Source: Vezdaea acicularis (taxonomy: Eukaryota). From it: a stretch of DNA of 64,000 nt. The DNA is taken from the NCBI GenBank assembly GCA_026025075.1, contig JAPEUI010000026.1, positions 62,001-126,000 of the forward strand. Direction: 5' to 3'. The position numbers and the translations under genes were made by a program. Below the pieces are notes generated by a model. It saw only the letters and a list, made by a program, of their open reading frames with translations, did not search any database and was not told the DNA's origin. Every line of letters starts with the position of its first letter. Position 1 is the first letter of the stretch. This document shows positions 1-11,200 of the stretch, piece after piece.

Positions 1-1081
1 AAGCCTAATCTGGCGCCTTACTATATTAACACTTCCTCTGCTAGAGCTTCGGGTTTGGACTCCGATCCGCTTCGTGAGATTACGATAACCGATTACCAAG
101 TCATTACCGGGACGGGAGCTAGCTAGTACCGGGAATTCGCTGCGGGTTGCTCATGAAAACTGGTTGTTTTTGACGCAATGCAGAGATACCTACGGTGCTT
201 CAAATCAGTTATGCTCGCTAGAGCAGATAGAGAAATACAAGCTTCTGAATATGTGCGAGCTAGATTTGCGTTAAAAGAAAAGCTTGCATGTGCAATTTAA
301 TTTGGCGCAAAATAGTCGGTTTATCGCCTAAACGTCACCAACCTACAGTAGCCCCCTGTAAATTAGCCTGCGAAGACCCCGCGCTGAGTACGCATCACGT
401 GAGTATCGTCATAGCGGGAAGCATTGTGGAAGAGCTCCTCAGCATTCAATCGTATCAATCATCAAGAGACATCTATTGACTACTATCAACCACTTGCTGG
501 CTGCTGCCACTGCCTTTCGTATCGTATGCGACTACCCTGCTTGAGACTTGTCTTTTGCCTGCCCGTACGCACGCGCCTTACACTTGAGCGCCTTCGAGTT
601 TGTCCACAGCCTCGCGATAGTTTTCGCGTGAGCCTTAGCGAGGTTTCACCATGTTCGTCCAGATAACCCATACAAGCCTAACATTATCAATCCTTGCAAG
701 AGAAGCTCCCGCGCCCTAAAACGCATGGGCTTCAACCCGAGTCGGTGATTGGATTGGCTTGACACTACTCATAAGCCGCCTATGCTAATGCAGATCGCAA
801 CCCGCACTGGCCAATTCTGCTCTACAGTAGCTATCCGGAGCTTCCGCAGTGTGATCCTCCCGGATGCTGTGGGTACTTCTCCACAATGCCCTCCCAAGCT
901 TGAGGTGAGAAGAGCTTGAAAATTCCGCAGCGAAGATCAAGCTTGCTATCCTTTTCACCCCCACAACTCTTAATTTTGTGTGGTACCGCATAGACTACTC
1001 CTGGTGTCCAAACTCGTAGTTCTCCCAACACGAATTTGTAGCCTTTCCTATCCACCATTGCGTCTCGATATTTCTTTCAAG

Positions 1082-3366
1082 ATGTCGGACCTCATCCGTG
1101 AGTCTCCGATCGGCCAGCTTCTGCGCTACGCTACGGGAAACAAAGTTCTCAAGTATCCCGAAGAATTGCCTGGTTGGCAATGTCCGGAGTCTTATAGAAA
1201 TCCTGATACAATATCGGGCCCCAACGAGGTCAAGGAAGAGAGCGAGGCTGAGACGCCCACAGAAGATATTGCTGAGCCAGAGAAGGCAAAAGAATTAGGC
1301 GCCGAGAACGAAGCATACGAGGACCCTCTTGCTACAGGTGATGAGCCCAATGCGATACGTGCGCCAGCGACACGTATTTCGACAAAGGCTTCGAGGTTAT
1401 CTGAGCGGCCGACGGCAAGGCGGAACTCTACTGGACTCACAAGAGTTGGCACGCTGAGCCTAGAACGTACCCCTACGCAAGCAGACTTAAGGCAGGTAAA
1501 GAGTCGTGTTGAAATGGAAGCAGTGTGGGAACGTGCACAGCAGGCTGAAGAGGAGAAGCAAATTGAGAAGGAAACTGGAGAGAATTTACCTATAGTACCT
1601 CAGAAGACAGCAGATGGTAAAATTTTGGTTGATTGGTATACGACTGATGATCCCGACAATCCACAAAGTATTTCATAACTCTGTCCTACAGGCAGGAGTG
1701 ATACTAACGGTCAGCTACAGACTGGAGTTCGAAGAAAAAAGTCTTTGTGGCTTTTGTCATATGCACATACACATTTACGGTGTATATAGGTTCCGCCATC
1801 TACTCATCCGCTGAAGGGTTCGCAAGGCTATATCTTTGAAGCAATTGATACGACTTACTAACTGGCTAATAGATATGTCATGGCGCAATTTGGAGTGTCG
1901 GAAGTCGCTTCTTCTCTTGGCCTGGCTCTCTACGTATTAGCTTGTACGTACTATTTTAGCTATGTGGGAACAACTTGCTGACCTGGCTTCGAAGATGGCA
2001 TAGGACCTCTACTCTTTTCCCCACTCAGTGAAATACCAGCTATTGGCAGAAACCCCCCTTACCTAGCGTCATACGCGATATTCGTTATCCTTTGCGTACC
2101 TACTGCTCTGACAAACAATTTTGCTGGCCTCCTGGTTTTGAGATTCTTACAAGGGTTCTTCGGGTCCCCATGTTTAGCCACGGGAGGCGCGTCGCTAGGA
2201 GATATTGTACGGCTTGTAAAATACACAAAGTATCAGGAATTATGGCTAACATATGACTAAAGTACTCTTTGTTCAAGCTACCATATGCGTTGCTTGCATG
2301 GGCTTCGGCAGCCACAGCTGGCCCCGCGTTAGGACCAATCATCGCCGGTTTCTCGATTCCTGCTGAAACGTAAGCCTCGGTACCTGTGTATATCAATGCT
2401 GATGCTAACATCTCGTATAGTTGGCATTGGTTTGCGTGGGAAATGCTGTGGATGTCTGGCCCAGGATGGCTCCTCATGTTCCTCTGTCTCCCAGAGACCT
2501 CATCTGGCAATATTCTTCTCCGAAGGGCACGACGCCTTCGAAAATTGACAGGGGATAATCGTCTGATGGCTCAGAGCGAAATCGACCAAGGGAATCTTTC
2601 CGCTAACGCTATCGTGCGGGACTCGCTCCTGAAGCCCTTCCAGATCATGTTCCTTGACCCCGCAGTTGCGTTCACAGCCATATATACCAGTCTTGTATAT
2701 GGCATCTACTACTCTTTCTTCGAATGCTTCCCACTCGTCTACCCCGTGCTGTATGGATTCAATCTGGGAGAAACTGGTCTCGTCTTCCTTTCTATCACGG
2801 TCGCGGTTGTAATATCTCTAGCCACTTACGGTTCATATCAATACTACGTAACCGAACCCGAGTTCCGGCAGAAGGGCTTTGGCGGAATGCCACCCGAGAG
2901 ACGATTGATTCCCGCCCTTTTTGCTTCACTACTTGTACCAATAGGTCTCTTCATGTTCGGTAAGTGCATATCACATCTTTGATCCATATCGAACCCTTAG
3001 TACATATTCAGAACTTCACTGATTTCACTAGGCTGGACCGCAAACCGTGATATCCACTGGATCGTCTCCATTATCGGCATTGGAATATATACATGGGGTG
3101 TCATTATTATCTTGCAGTGTATTTTCATATACTTGCCCTTCACTTATCCGCAATACGCTGCGTCCCTCTTCGCTGGTAATGACTTTGCGCGGTCTTCGCT
3201 TGCCGCGGGCGCTATTTTATTTGCACGCCCTCTCTACGTCAATCTGGGCGTTGGACGCGGAATCAGTGTCATGGGCGGCTGCACCGCAGGCTGTATCGCA
3301 GGCGTTTACTATTTATACTTCTTTGGTGCACGAATGAGGGCAAGGAGTAAGTTCGCTGTGGCGTAG
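1082..3366 (+). CDS. MFS drug:H+ antiporter, DHA1 family (Flr1/Mdr1/Caf5-like), about 6 introns
   Basis: Starts [18 protein letters not shown]1 motifs reconstructed across introns: [82 protein letters not shown]. First intron 1668-1720; last intron ~2960-3031. Confidence 0.93.
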
Positions 3367-3983
3367 GTGGTCTACGAGAGCAGAGATCTTCGGGCTATAT
3401 CAGGGAAGGTAATTGAGGAAGTAAGTCGTTGGTAGATGCGTGTTGTGTTCTTCGCATCTTCCGCGTCAAAGTTTGTTCTTGGGCTCGTTTACTGTTGCGA
3501 AAGGGAAGAGGAATTTAGCCTTACAGGACATATCTAGGGCGTATAGTAATCTGAGCATCATTAGCACTTGGCCTTATCTTAGGGCGCGTGATCATTCAAG
3601 GAGCATAGAGCACCGTCTGGCAGTCTCTGGGAGTAAGCAACCGCCACAATTGATCTTGGGGAAACTCCTCGCTATCTAGAAGCCTAACCTGCGTAAGTCC
3701 AGCAAAATGAGATATTTGTTCTGCATCGCATCGGTTATTTGAGCGCCCCGACCATCCCCAGGCTCGTCCGCGTAAGATTCACGAGGCATAGACAGAAAAC
3801 AGCTCCGTCCTGGGAACAAGCGGGTCAGCTATATATCGGAAGACTTGGAAAATATCTGACATTTCCTGTCAGCTTACACTTCTCTGCACCTTTCAATCGT
3901 AGATTACTTTGCGGGAGGTGCTCCATACTGGAATCTGGTCCAAATCCATCAGTTCTCCGTTCCGAAGCGCCTCTGCATTCACA

Positions 3984-5133
3984 ATGGGCCTATTTTCTTT
4001 CTCCCTCATCACCCTCCGCGATTTCCTTCATCTTTCCACACTTCTCTCTCCCTTTCTTTTTGAATCAGCTTTGGCAGGCATGCCCTTCAGCGGGACGCCA
4101 AACCTCCCCCCCCTTTTTCCTATCGTCTGCGAACCTGGGGCCGAGCTCCGATGGGGCCCTTATGGCGTGAATAACGATAAAGCTGCAAGCTTCCCCAACG
4201 GAGCCCAGTGGGGCCCGGAGAACTTCACGGACGTGGAGGATCTTTGCTCGATCTTCGGGAATCGGCTGGGGAATTTTGGCGGCGTTGTAGGCCCCCTTTC
4301 CCTCGTCTCTTTACCCCTTTCCCGTCGTCTCCCGTTTGATCGTTCTGCGCAAGTTTAGACTCATGACACGGATATCCCCGCAGTGTGTAGCAGAGCTCTC
4401 CAGGCCTATAGGCTCAGCCGTCATGAATAACGCCCTCACCACGCCCTATCTGGGGATCCCGAATATGCCCGACCTGAGCGTGCTCTTCCGCCTTACGTTT
4501 GTTCTGAGATGGGACCTCATTAAAGCGAAGGCCGTGCTGCTGTATGACCCCCTGATACACCGTTTTTGCATATACAAATGCCGCTGCCCCGCCCAACGAG
4601 ATGTGTGGAATGAGATGGTACAGAATTGGAAGCAAAATGGAGGTAAAGAGGTTAAGATGGATGATATCAACACGCTGGATAGTCTGATGCAATTGATTTT
4701 CGATAGCGAGGAAGAGAGTATTGATAGTCATAGTTGGGCCAGAAACAGAGCAGGTGGTGCTTGGAAACCGGCACCGAGTAGTCGACCGTTGGGTGATGGA
4801 GGGGAGGGCTCCAGCTCCAGCGCCCAGTACGGACTATCTACACTGGACCCACTACCGTGGCTTCGTAACCTGGATATACAGAATGCCCAGGGGAGCTCTA
4901 ATGGCGCGAGAAGAAGACGGAGGCCTGCAGCAGAGTGTATAGATGTGACAGTTGGGACAAGTAGCGGGAGTTCAAGAAGACCACGTACCTGTCCACCAAG
5001 AGGGAATACGCGCCAGAGGGCAGGACCTTGGTTGCCAAATAGGCCCATTCCGAGGGGCATGTTTGGGAGCGGAAGAGGTGGACTAGGTTCAATGGGGGGG
5101 AACATGAAGGGCCCGTTGGGTCGACTAAGGTGA
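3984..5133 (+). CDS. Orphan, probably secreted cysteine-containing protein (~350 aa, 2 exons)
   Basis: ATG at 3984 gives a hydrophobic N-terminus ending ..SALA-G. An intron at 4287-4383 (GTAGGC...CCGCAG) joins the ORFs 3909-4358 and 4336-5133 in frame (..GNFGGV|CVAEL..). Six Cys precede a Gly/Ser/Arg-rich tail. Confidence 0.65.
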
Positions 5134-5562
5134 GATTTGTGTGGGGAAATTTCCCGATTCGAAGGCAGTGCAAAGGTGCAACTCATAGGAGTGCGTATGA
5201 CCCCTATCATTTTGCGTTCAGAGGCGAGAAAGGAGGCTTGCTCCAAAGTGAAAGGAAACGAGACGGAGAAAAGCCAAGCTCAAACCCGAGAGTGCAGGCC
5301 CGGCGTTATTTCGTGACTCGTGACACTTCGTGTTCAACTTGTAGATGAAGATGACCAGTGAGAATGAACACAATAAGAGTGACTAGTCAGTGAAATCCAA
5401 GCTCTGACGGTAAAAGGATATCAGTGAAGAAGCTACACATAGCTTGCGAGATCCTGCGTCTAAATAATGAGAAATAAATGCCTTTGAAACCAATAAAAGC
5501 TGATCAAAGAGATGCGAAGCCTGAGGGTGACAAAAATCCTCATCCAGCAAGGAAGAATTAAA

Positions 5563-6605
5563 TTAGATGTTACGGAGCACACCCGGCTGTATTCTATCTA
5601 ACTTCTGGCTTAACTCGCGCCACACCCTCTGCTCTACCTCCTCTCCCTCCGCACTTCTCACGAACTCTGATGGTGGCTCAACTTTGCAGTCGTTCAGATA
5701 CTGGCCGTGTGACTCCTTTCCACTAAGGGCAGCTTGAACGAGCGTTCGACTTCCCTCCTCAGTTGTCCGCGCGATCGCAGCCTTCGCGATTACCAAAATT
5801 GCCGCCTTAGCGCCTTTGAACTCCCGTGTGAGCTCTGAGTGGCAGAAGCCCGGGTTGAGGACGCTAAGAATAACTTTTGGCTTAGAGGACGCGGATAGTT
5901 GAGCAGCGAGCTGACGAACGGCAAAGACTTCGAGGAGCTTGGAGACGTTGTACCTAACGGGTGTTAGTGTTGGCTGATACATTTGGCTTCGCAGAGCGCT
6001 CGAATAGGGGCAGATTACCGGTCGGGCATGTTTGCAGTTTCTTTATTATTAAGCGTCTGGAAGATATTCTCGCCCTTCTTCTCCACGAATTTTGCGTTCG
6101 CATGCAGCTCGGACGTCACGACAGTAAGATGGGGTTCGATTCCGAATTTCTGTGCCGACTCGCGCAATTTCGGGAGGAGCAGCAGTGCAAGCAAGAACGT
6201 GCTGACAACGTTTGTCGTAATAGTCGATTCGTTATCCTCCATTAGGACGAATTTGTCTGTAGAGACCCCGGCATTCTCGACCACCGCGTCAACTCTTTCC
6301 AGGCCTTCAGCTCTCCGCGCAAATGCCTTGACAGAATCATAGCTGGCTAGATCTAGAGGCCAGACTTCAACGACTCCAGAGCGCTCAGTAGAGTCTTCGA
6401 TATCACGCTTGGCAGCTTCGCCCTTTGACACAGTCCGAACGGCAAGTATGACTTTCTGGGCGTTAAGGCGGGTGAAATGACGGGCGGCTTCAAGGCCGAG
6501 GCCGGTGTTGGCGCCGGTGACAATGAAGGTCTTGCCAGCGCAGTCTTGGGTAGGATAGGTTGGCTTTACAAAAAACTGGCTGTGGAGAAAATGTGGGATG
6601 TTCAT
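5563..6605 (-). CDS. Short-chain dehydrogenase/reductase (retinol dehydrogenase/WWOX-like subfamily)
   Basis: TGANTGLG Rossmann motif, LDLASY, ENAG. Catalytic YNVSK is formed after intron 5954-6018. C-terminal NPGFCHSEL and RTTEEGSRTLV. Confidence 0.93.
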
Positions 6606-6879
6606 GCTTAAGAGTCGCGGTGTGGTTGAATGTGATATTCTTGACTGCGCTAGGTTAATGATCCTACAAAGGAGACAGCGGCAAGGCTTTTATGGCTACC
6701 CAGAGACCAGTTCATCTCGGATGTAGGACATTCTCCGTGCACTCCCAGACATCTCGGGGATTGAAGCTAGGGAGCTTGGGATTGTTTGTAGGTCGTGACG
6801 TAGGCTCGGACGAATACAGGGTCCGGGCAGGCGAATAACCTTAGTTCCAGTAAGTGCGACATAAGTGCGATCGGTTATC

Positions 6880-7920
6880 CATGGCCGTGGGGGCGGGAAG
6901 TGCCGCCTAATGGGCCAATCAACGGAAGTGCGAAGATGTCGGATGTTGACGCGGCCTCAAGGACCGATCGGGAGGATGCTGGCTGAGAATTATTAAGTAC
7001 GATCGAGAAACAATGAACGGAGATAGAGAAGCCCGAGCTATGAGCATTATAAAGCAACTGGGATTCAGTCGCAAGCTCATCGGTGATCGGTTTCTACTCT
7101 TCCCGTCTGTCCAGACTGCCGTCACTACCGTGTTTCTTTGACTCCCAGGCGAGCATGCGAAGGCGTCGTGGGGGCGGTTTCTTAGGGAAATTGGGGCTGC
7201 ATGTGTTACAGGATTCTCAACACAAAGCGACAGCTTCGTGTCATCGCAGAGGTAGATCTCTTCATCTTGCGCCAGTTTCTATTGAAGTCGTGAGCCCTGG
7301 CGGACCTCTAAGTGACCCGACAAACCAAGCTATCTGTGACGGAGCTGCTATGGTCAACGCGAGAAAGGAGTTTTTTGATGGATATCATTCATTGGCCAAA
7401 ATGCTAGGGCGGAGGGCTCAGTATTGTATAGGTGCAGCAAGTGTCGTTCAAACAATTCCTCTAGCGTCATTACTCAAATTAAATCTGAAGAGCATGCATC
7501 ACTATACCAAGTCACCTACTTCGATTGGGAGATCCTTGAAAGAATTAAAGTCTGTTGGTCCGTTCGTACGGCCTGAGAATATAGCTATCTAGGCCCCCTC
7601 TTTTGCAAAGCTCTCCCTCCCTTCGCGGATCTCTTCCTCCTGTTCAGCAAAGCTAGTAAAGCTAGTAAGTAAGCGCACAACCCCCTACGCCCCTACCAGC
7701 TAAGCCCCTCGATTCTGCGCCCGGGCAGGAATGACAGTAGGAAGAATGTAGCCATCACCCCAAACCTTACGACACTACGAACCTGCACAAGCTTCTAGGA
7801 GTCGGCGAATCCGCCTGTCTAAACAACCCCATCCCATGCAGCGGGATATACAAAGGTTGCCTCGACGTCTCCCCAAAAAGAGTGATAAAGCACATGACGG
7901 TTGCGAAGGTGTTAGGGACG
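6880..7920 (-). pseudogene. Putative degenerate gene relic (F-box/2EXR-like word FKDLPIE)
   Basis: One minus-strand frame from ~7920 to ~7520 is broken only by four TAG codons (7775, 7700, 7685, 7589). It ends FNSFKDLPIE followed by a GTAGGT donor-like site. A downstream fragment reads ..ELATESQLLYNAH.. Boundaries are approximate. Confidence 0.35.
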
Positions 7921-8218
7921 TCGTAGCTCATGCAAGAAAACTTGTAATCCGTTCTTAAGAGAGGCTGGTCAAGTTTTGACAAAAGAAAAGTCGATCTCAA
8001 GTGTGGTACCCGTAATTAAGGTAGAAAGAACGCGAAGCAGATGAGGAAAGAAACATGAGTTGCAGAGTGTGGTGTGATGTTGTGAGGGTAGACACATCAT
8101 GCGATGAAACGGAAGAAGTGCAAGGAACGAGAATTCATCATGGTCGTGGGAATCAAATGCGCCCCCCAAGAAAAGGGGAGGTAATGAATGAAAGCGTAAA
8201 CAGATGAAGGAGCCATAA

Positions 8219-11200
8219 TTACTCCGCAAGGCTGGAGTTGGAAGGCTGGTGCGTGTGCTTATGCACATGCTCATGTGGTATGCCTGAATGCCTGTTCGAG
8301 CCGCTACCATGCCTACTCCGCTTTGAGTGCGAAAGATGGCCTACGTCGTGTTTGCCTGTGGTCCAAACATTAGATCCTGCTCTGTATCACCCCTTTCTAA
8401 AACCCTTTAAAAGGTTATGAGAAGAACTCACCATCGCAACAGGCCCTCACGTTCTCCAACCGATCTGCCTCCCTATCCTGGCGCTCAATCACCTCACGAA
8501 CATCCTCCGCCGAGTCATTCACCTCGCTTGCCTCGTATATACTCCCCTGCCCGCCCGCGCCACCAATGCTAGTCCTGCTCCGGCGACTACTTACGCTCCC
8601 GCGGAAGCTATTTCCGGGGTTGAAGTAGTTGCTTAGGCGCCTGATGGATCCACGCCCCAGGCGGCTCTCAGACTGGTATCCCAGCGCGCCAGAAGCGGTG
8701 GGCTGAAGAGACCTGCGGCTAGACATGCTAGCGGAGACATGACCGGAGGGGGAAGGGGCGGTGTTGCGCGTGGTGCGGCTATTATAGGAGGACAACGAGG
8801 CAGGGCCACGGCCGCGCACACTAGAGCCGTAGCCTGGGTTGAACTCGTCAATGTCGTCGTGGGTCAGTGCCTGCGAGGCGTCATCCGCGACTGGGCGCGT
8901 GTTCTGAGCGTCTGGGCTAGTGCGGAGGAGCAGATAAGAGAGTGCGTTGAACCACGTCTCATGGCGCTGGCCTGTCGTCGCTGTGAACTTTACGTTGCGA
9001 CCTGGCGTCACAATGACTAGGCTCTTGCGATGAAGCCCGGGAGGCATGGGGTTATCGTCTGTTACGACGTGGACGGCTTCGATGGCGACGGATTTCGCTT
9101 TTAGCTGGGCACGGCCGCCTTGCGCTGGGTCTTGGTCGGACCAGTATAGCGTGCGAGTGTACGGATGCACCCAGAAGAAGCGGCGGTGTCGGTTGTTCGA
9201 CATGTCACCGCGGCCAGCCTTGCGTGTATATTTCCACATGAACTCACCAATCATGGTTTGCGTGATGGCTTGGATCATACGGGGATCTGTGCCGGGCTCC
9301 ATGCCCATGGGCATGCCGTCCGTTCGGATGTTGAAACGCTCATCGAGCTCGGAAGCGAAGGATGAGACAGATGAGCGGCGGGTATGGACTGGAGAGGAAC
9401 GGCCGCTGCGGCCAGTAAAGCCACGAGCTCGAGGAGTGGTGCCAGCACGAGACGTGTAGGAAGTAGGACTTGCCGGTACAAGCTGTTGGCTTGGCGTACG
9501 AGTCTGACTAGGGGTTCTTGGGCGTGCTGTAGGCAGGTTGCTCACCCGATAGGCCGAAGCTGGGACAAGTGGCGGCCCCATTGTTCCCGTAGCGACAGGG
9601 ACCGCTGGTAGCCCATCAGATGAAGTGACCCGTTGAGCAGCAGCAGCAATAGCTTGTTTGTGATCCGGTGGAAGAGGTGGATGAGTAGCAGAGTTACTTC
9701 TGCTGCTCCCTGCGCTCCCAGGACGTTTGTGGGTCTTGAGCGTAGTCGCTTCATCCCGGATCATCCCCTGCTCGGCCATCTTTGCTCTTGCTCTGGTTAC
9801 GCTACCTTGCCCAACACTCTCCTGCGAACGCTGTGGCCGTAATGCTTGTGGAGTGATTTCGCCTGTAGATAATCTCCACTGCCCTCCTGGCGGCCCCTTC
9901 TCGCCTGCAGTATTAACAATACCAACAGGACTCTTACGCTTTGACAATAGGTTTTCGATCTCTTCTGAAGATATTATCGTCTGCGAGCCTTGATCAGACA
10001 TCTGGTGGGTCGTCTCCTTGGAAACGCCAGCTCCCACCGCGGTTCCTACAGCTGTTCCAGCCGCACCAGCCATTGGAGCTGGCCCGGCATTTCCAGAGAC
10101 ATCTCTGAATGGCATCTCCTCTTTTTCTTTTGAGTCGATACTCCGGTCAGCGTTCTGACTCGTGACGTCCTCGGCAATGTTTGGTTGCATAGAAGGGGGC
10201 TGTTTACCCCATCCGAAGACAGATCCCAAGAATCCAGACTTCGGTTCGTCAGACTTTGTTTTTGGCTCGACTGCACCTGCTGCTTCGTCGGTTGCTTGTA
10301 GGCTTCGTGGGGAGACTGGCGAAATGTCTTGCGTCTCGATAGTCGACATTGAAAGAGCTGGTAGTGATGCTTTCTTACTCACCAATACCGACGGCAGTCT
10401 CTCATCTTGCTTGGGTAACGGCTCATGTTCTACGTCCACAGGCTCGATATCCTGTGATTGGATGGACGAGACTGTCCATCTCTTGCGGCTAGCTTCTCTC
10501 GCAAGTGACGATCGCAGATGCTCGTACATTGGTTCTGTAGCGGTATCGGACGGATCAAGCACTTGGTGGATAGACACTGGCCTTGTGCTTCCATCCGAAT
10601 ATATACTTTCTGCGAAGCCCTGAGGCGGTAAAGTCGGTGAATCAGGTTGAGGTATAGACTTTGGCCGGCCGTCAGCATCGAAATTGTGGGATACTAGCGC
10701 AGCTCCAATGGCTGCACCTCCTGCAGCTGCACCGCTAGCAACAATCCCGAGATCTCGCTTTGGTGCTAGATTCGCTGCAGGCTCCCAAGGTTCAGTCATT
10801 GTTGAGCTGTCCGTCATTGTAGGCTTCATGAAAATGGAAGGTGAAGCAACGTTCCTCGCGCTTACAGACCTTAGCGCGCCAGGGGTACCTTGAGACATTA
10901 CACTGCGTTTGCTGGGTGTCCCATCATCACCTTCTTCACTGTCGCCCTCCATATCGCCGAGTTCTGCAAACAAAGTCTGGCCCGGCGGAGCTTTGGAACT
11001 GCTCGCAAAGCTTGCTGGAGAATTCTTCAAGCTGGATGGGCTCTCAAACGTGCCTGTATCACTGCCGGTCCTCGATTTACGGAAAACTCCACCTCTATTA
11101 GACTTAAGGCGGAATCGCTGGGGTTGGGGCTGAAGAGGGGTCATTGTCTGTGTCGCCTCTTCCTCTTCATCGTTCGAAGTTGAGGCGGTACTCAGATAGG

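Noticed and set aside
980..1081. N-terminal extension of the MFS ORF from a GTG start
   Set aside because: Non-ATG start from the ORF finder; the family-like N-terminus begins at ATG 1082.
6133..6145. GGTTCGATTCC resembling a tRNA T-loop
   Set aside because: Lies antisense inside the SDR coding exon; no acceptor stem or cloverleaf is visible.
7083..7592. 169-aa plus-strand ORF
   Set aside because: GTG start and no recognisable motifs; probably the antisense shadow of the minus-strand relic.
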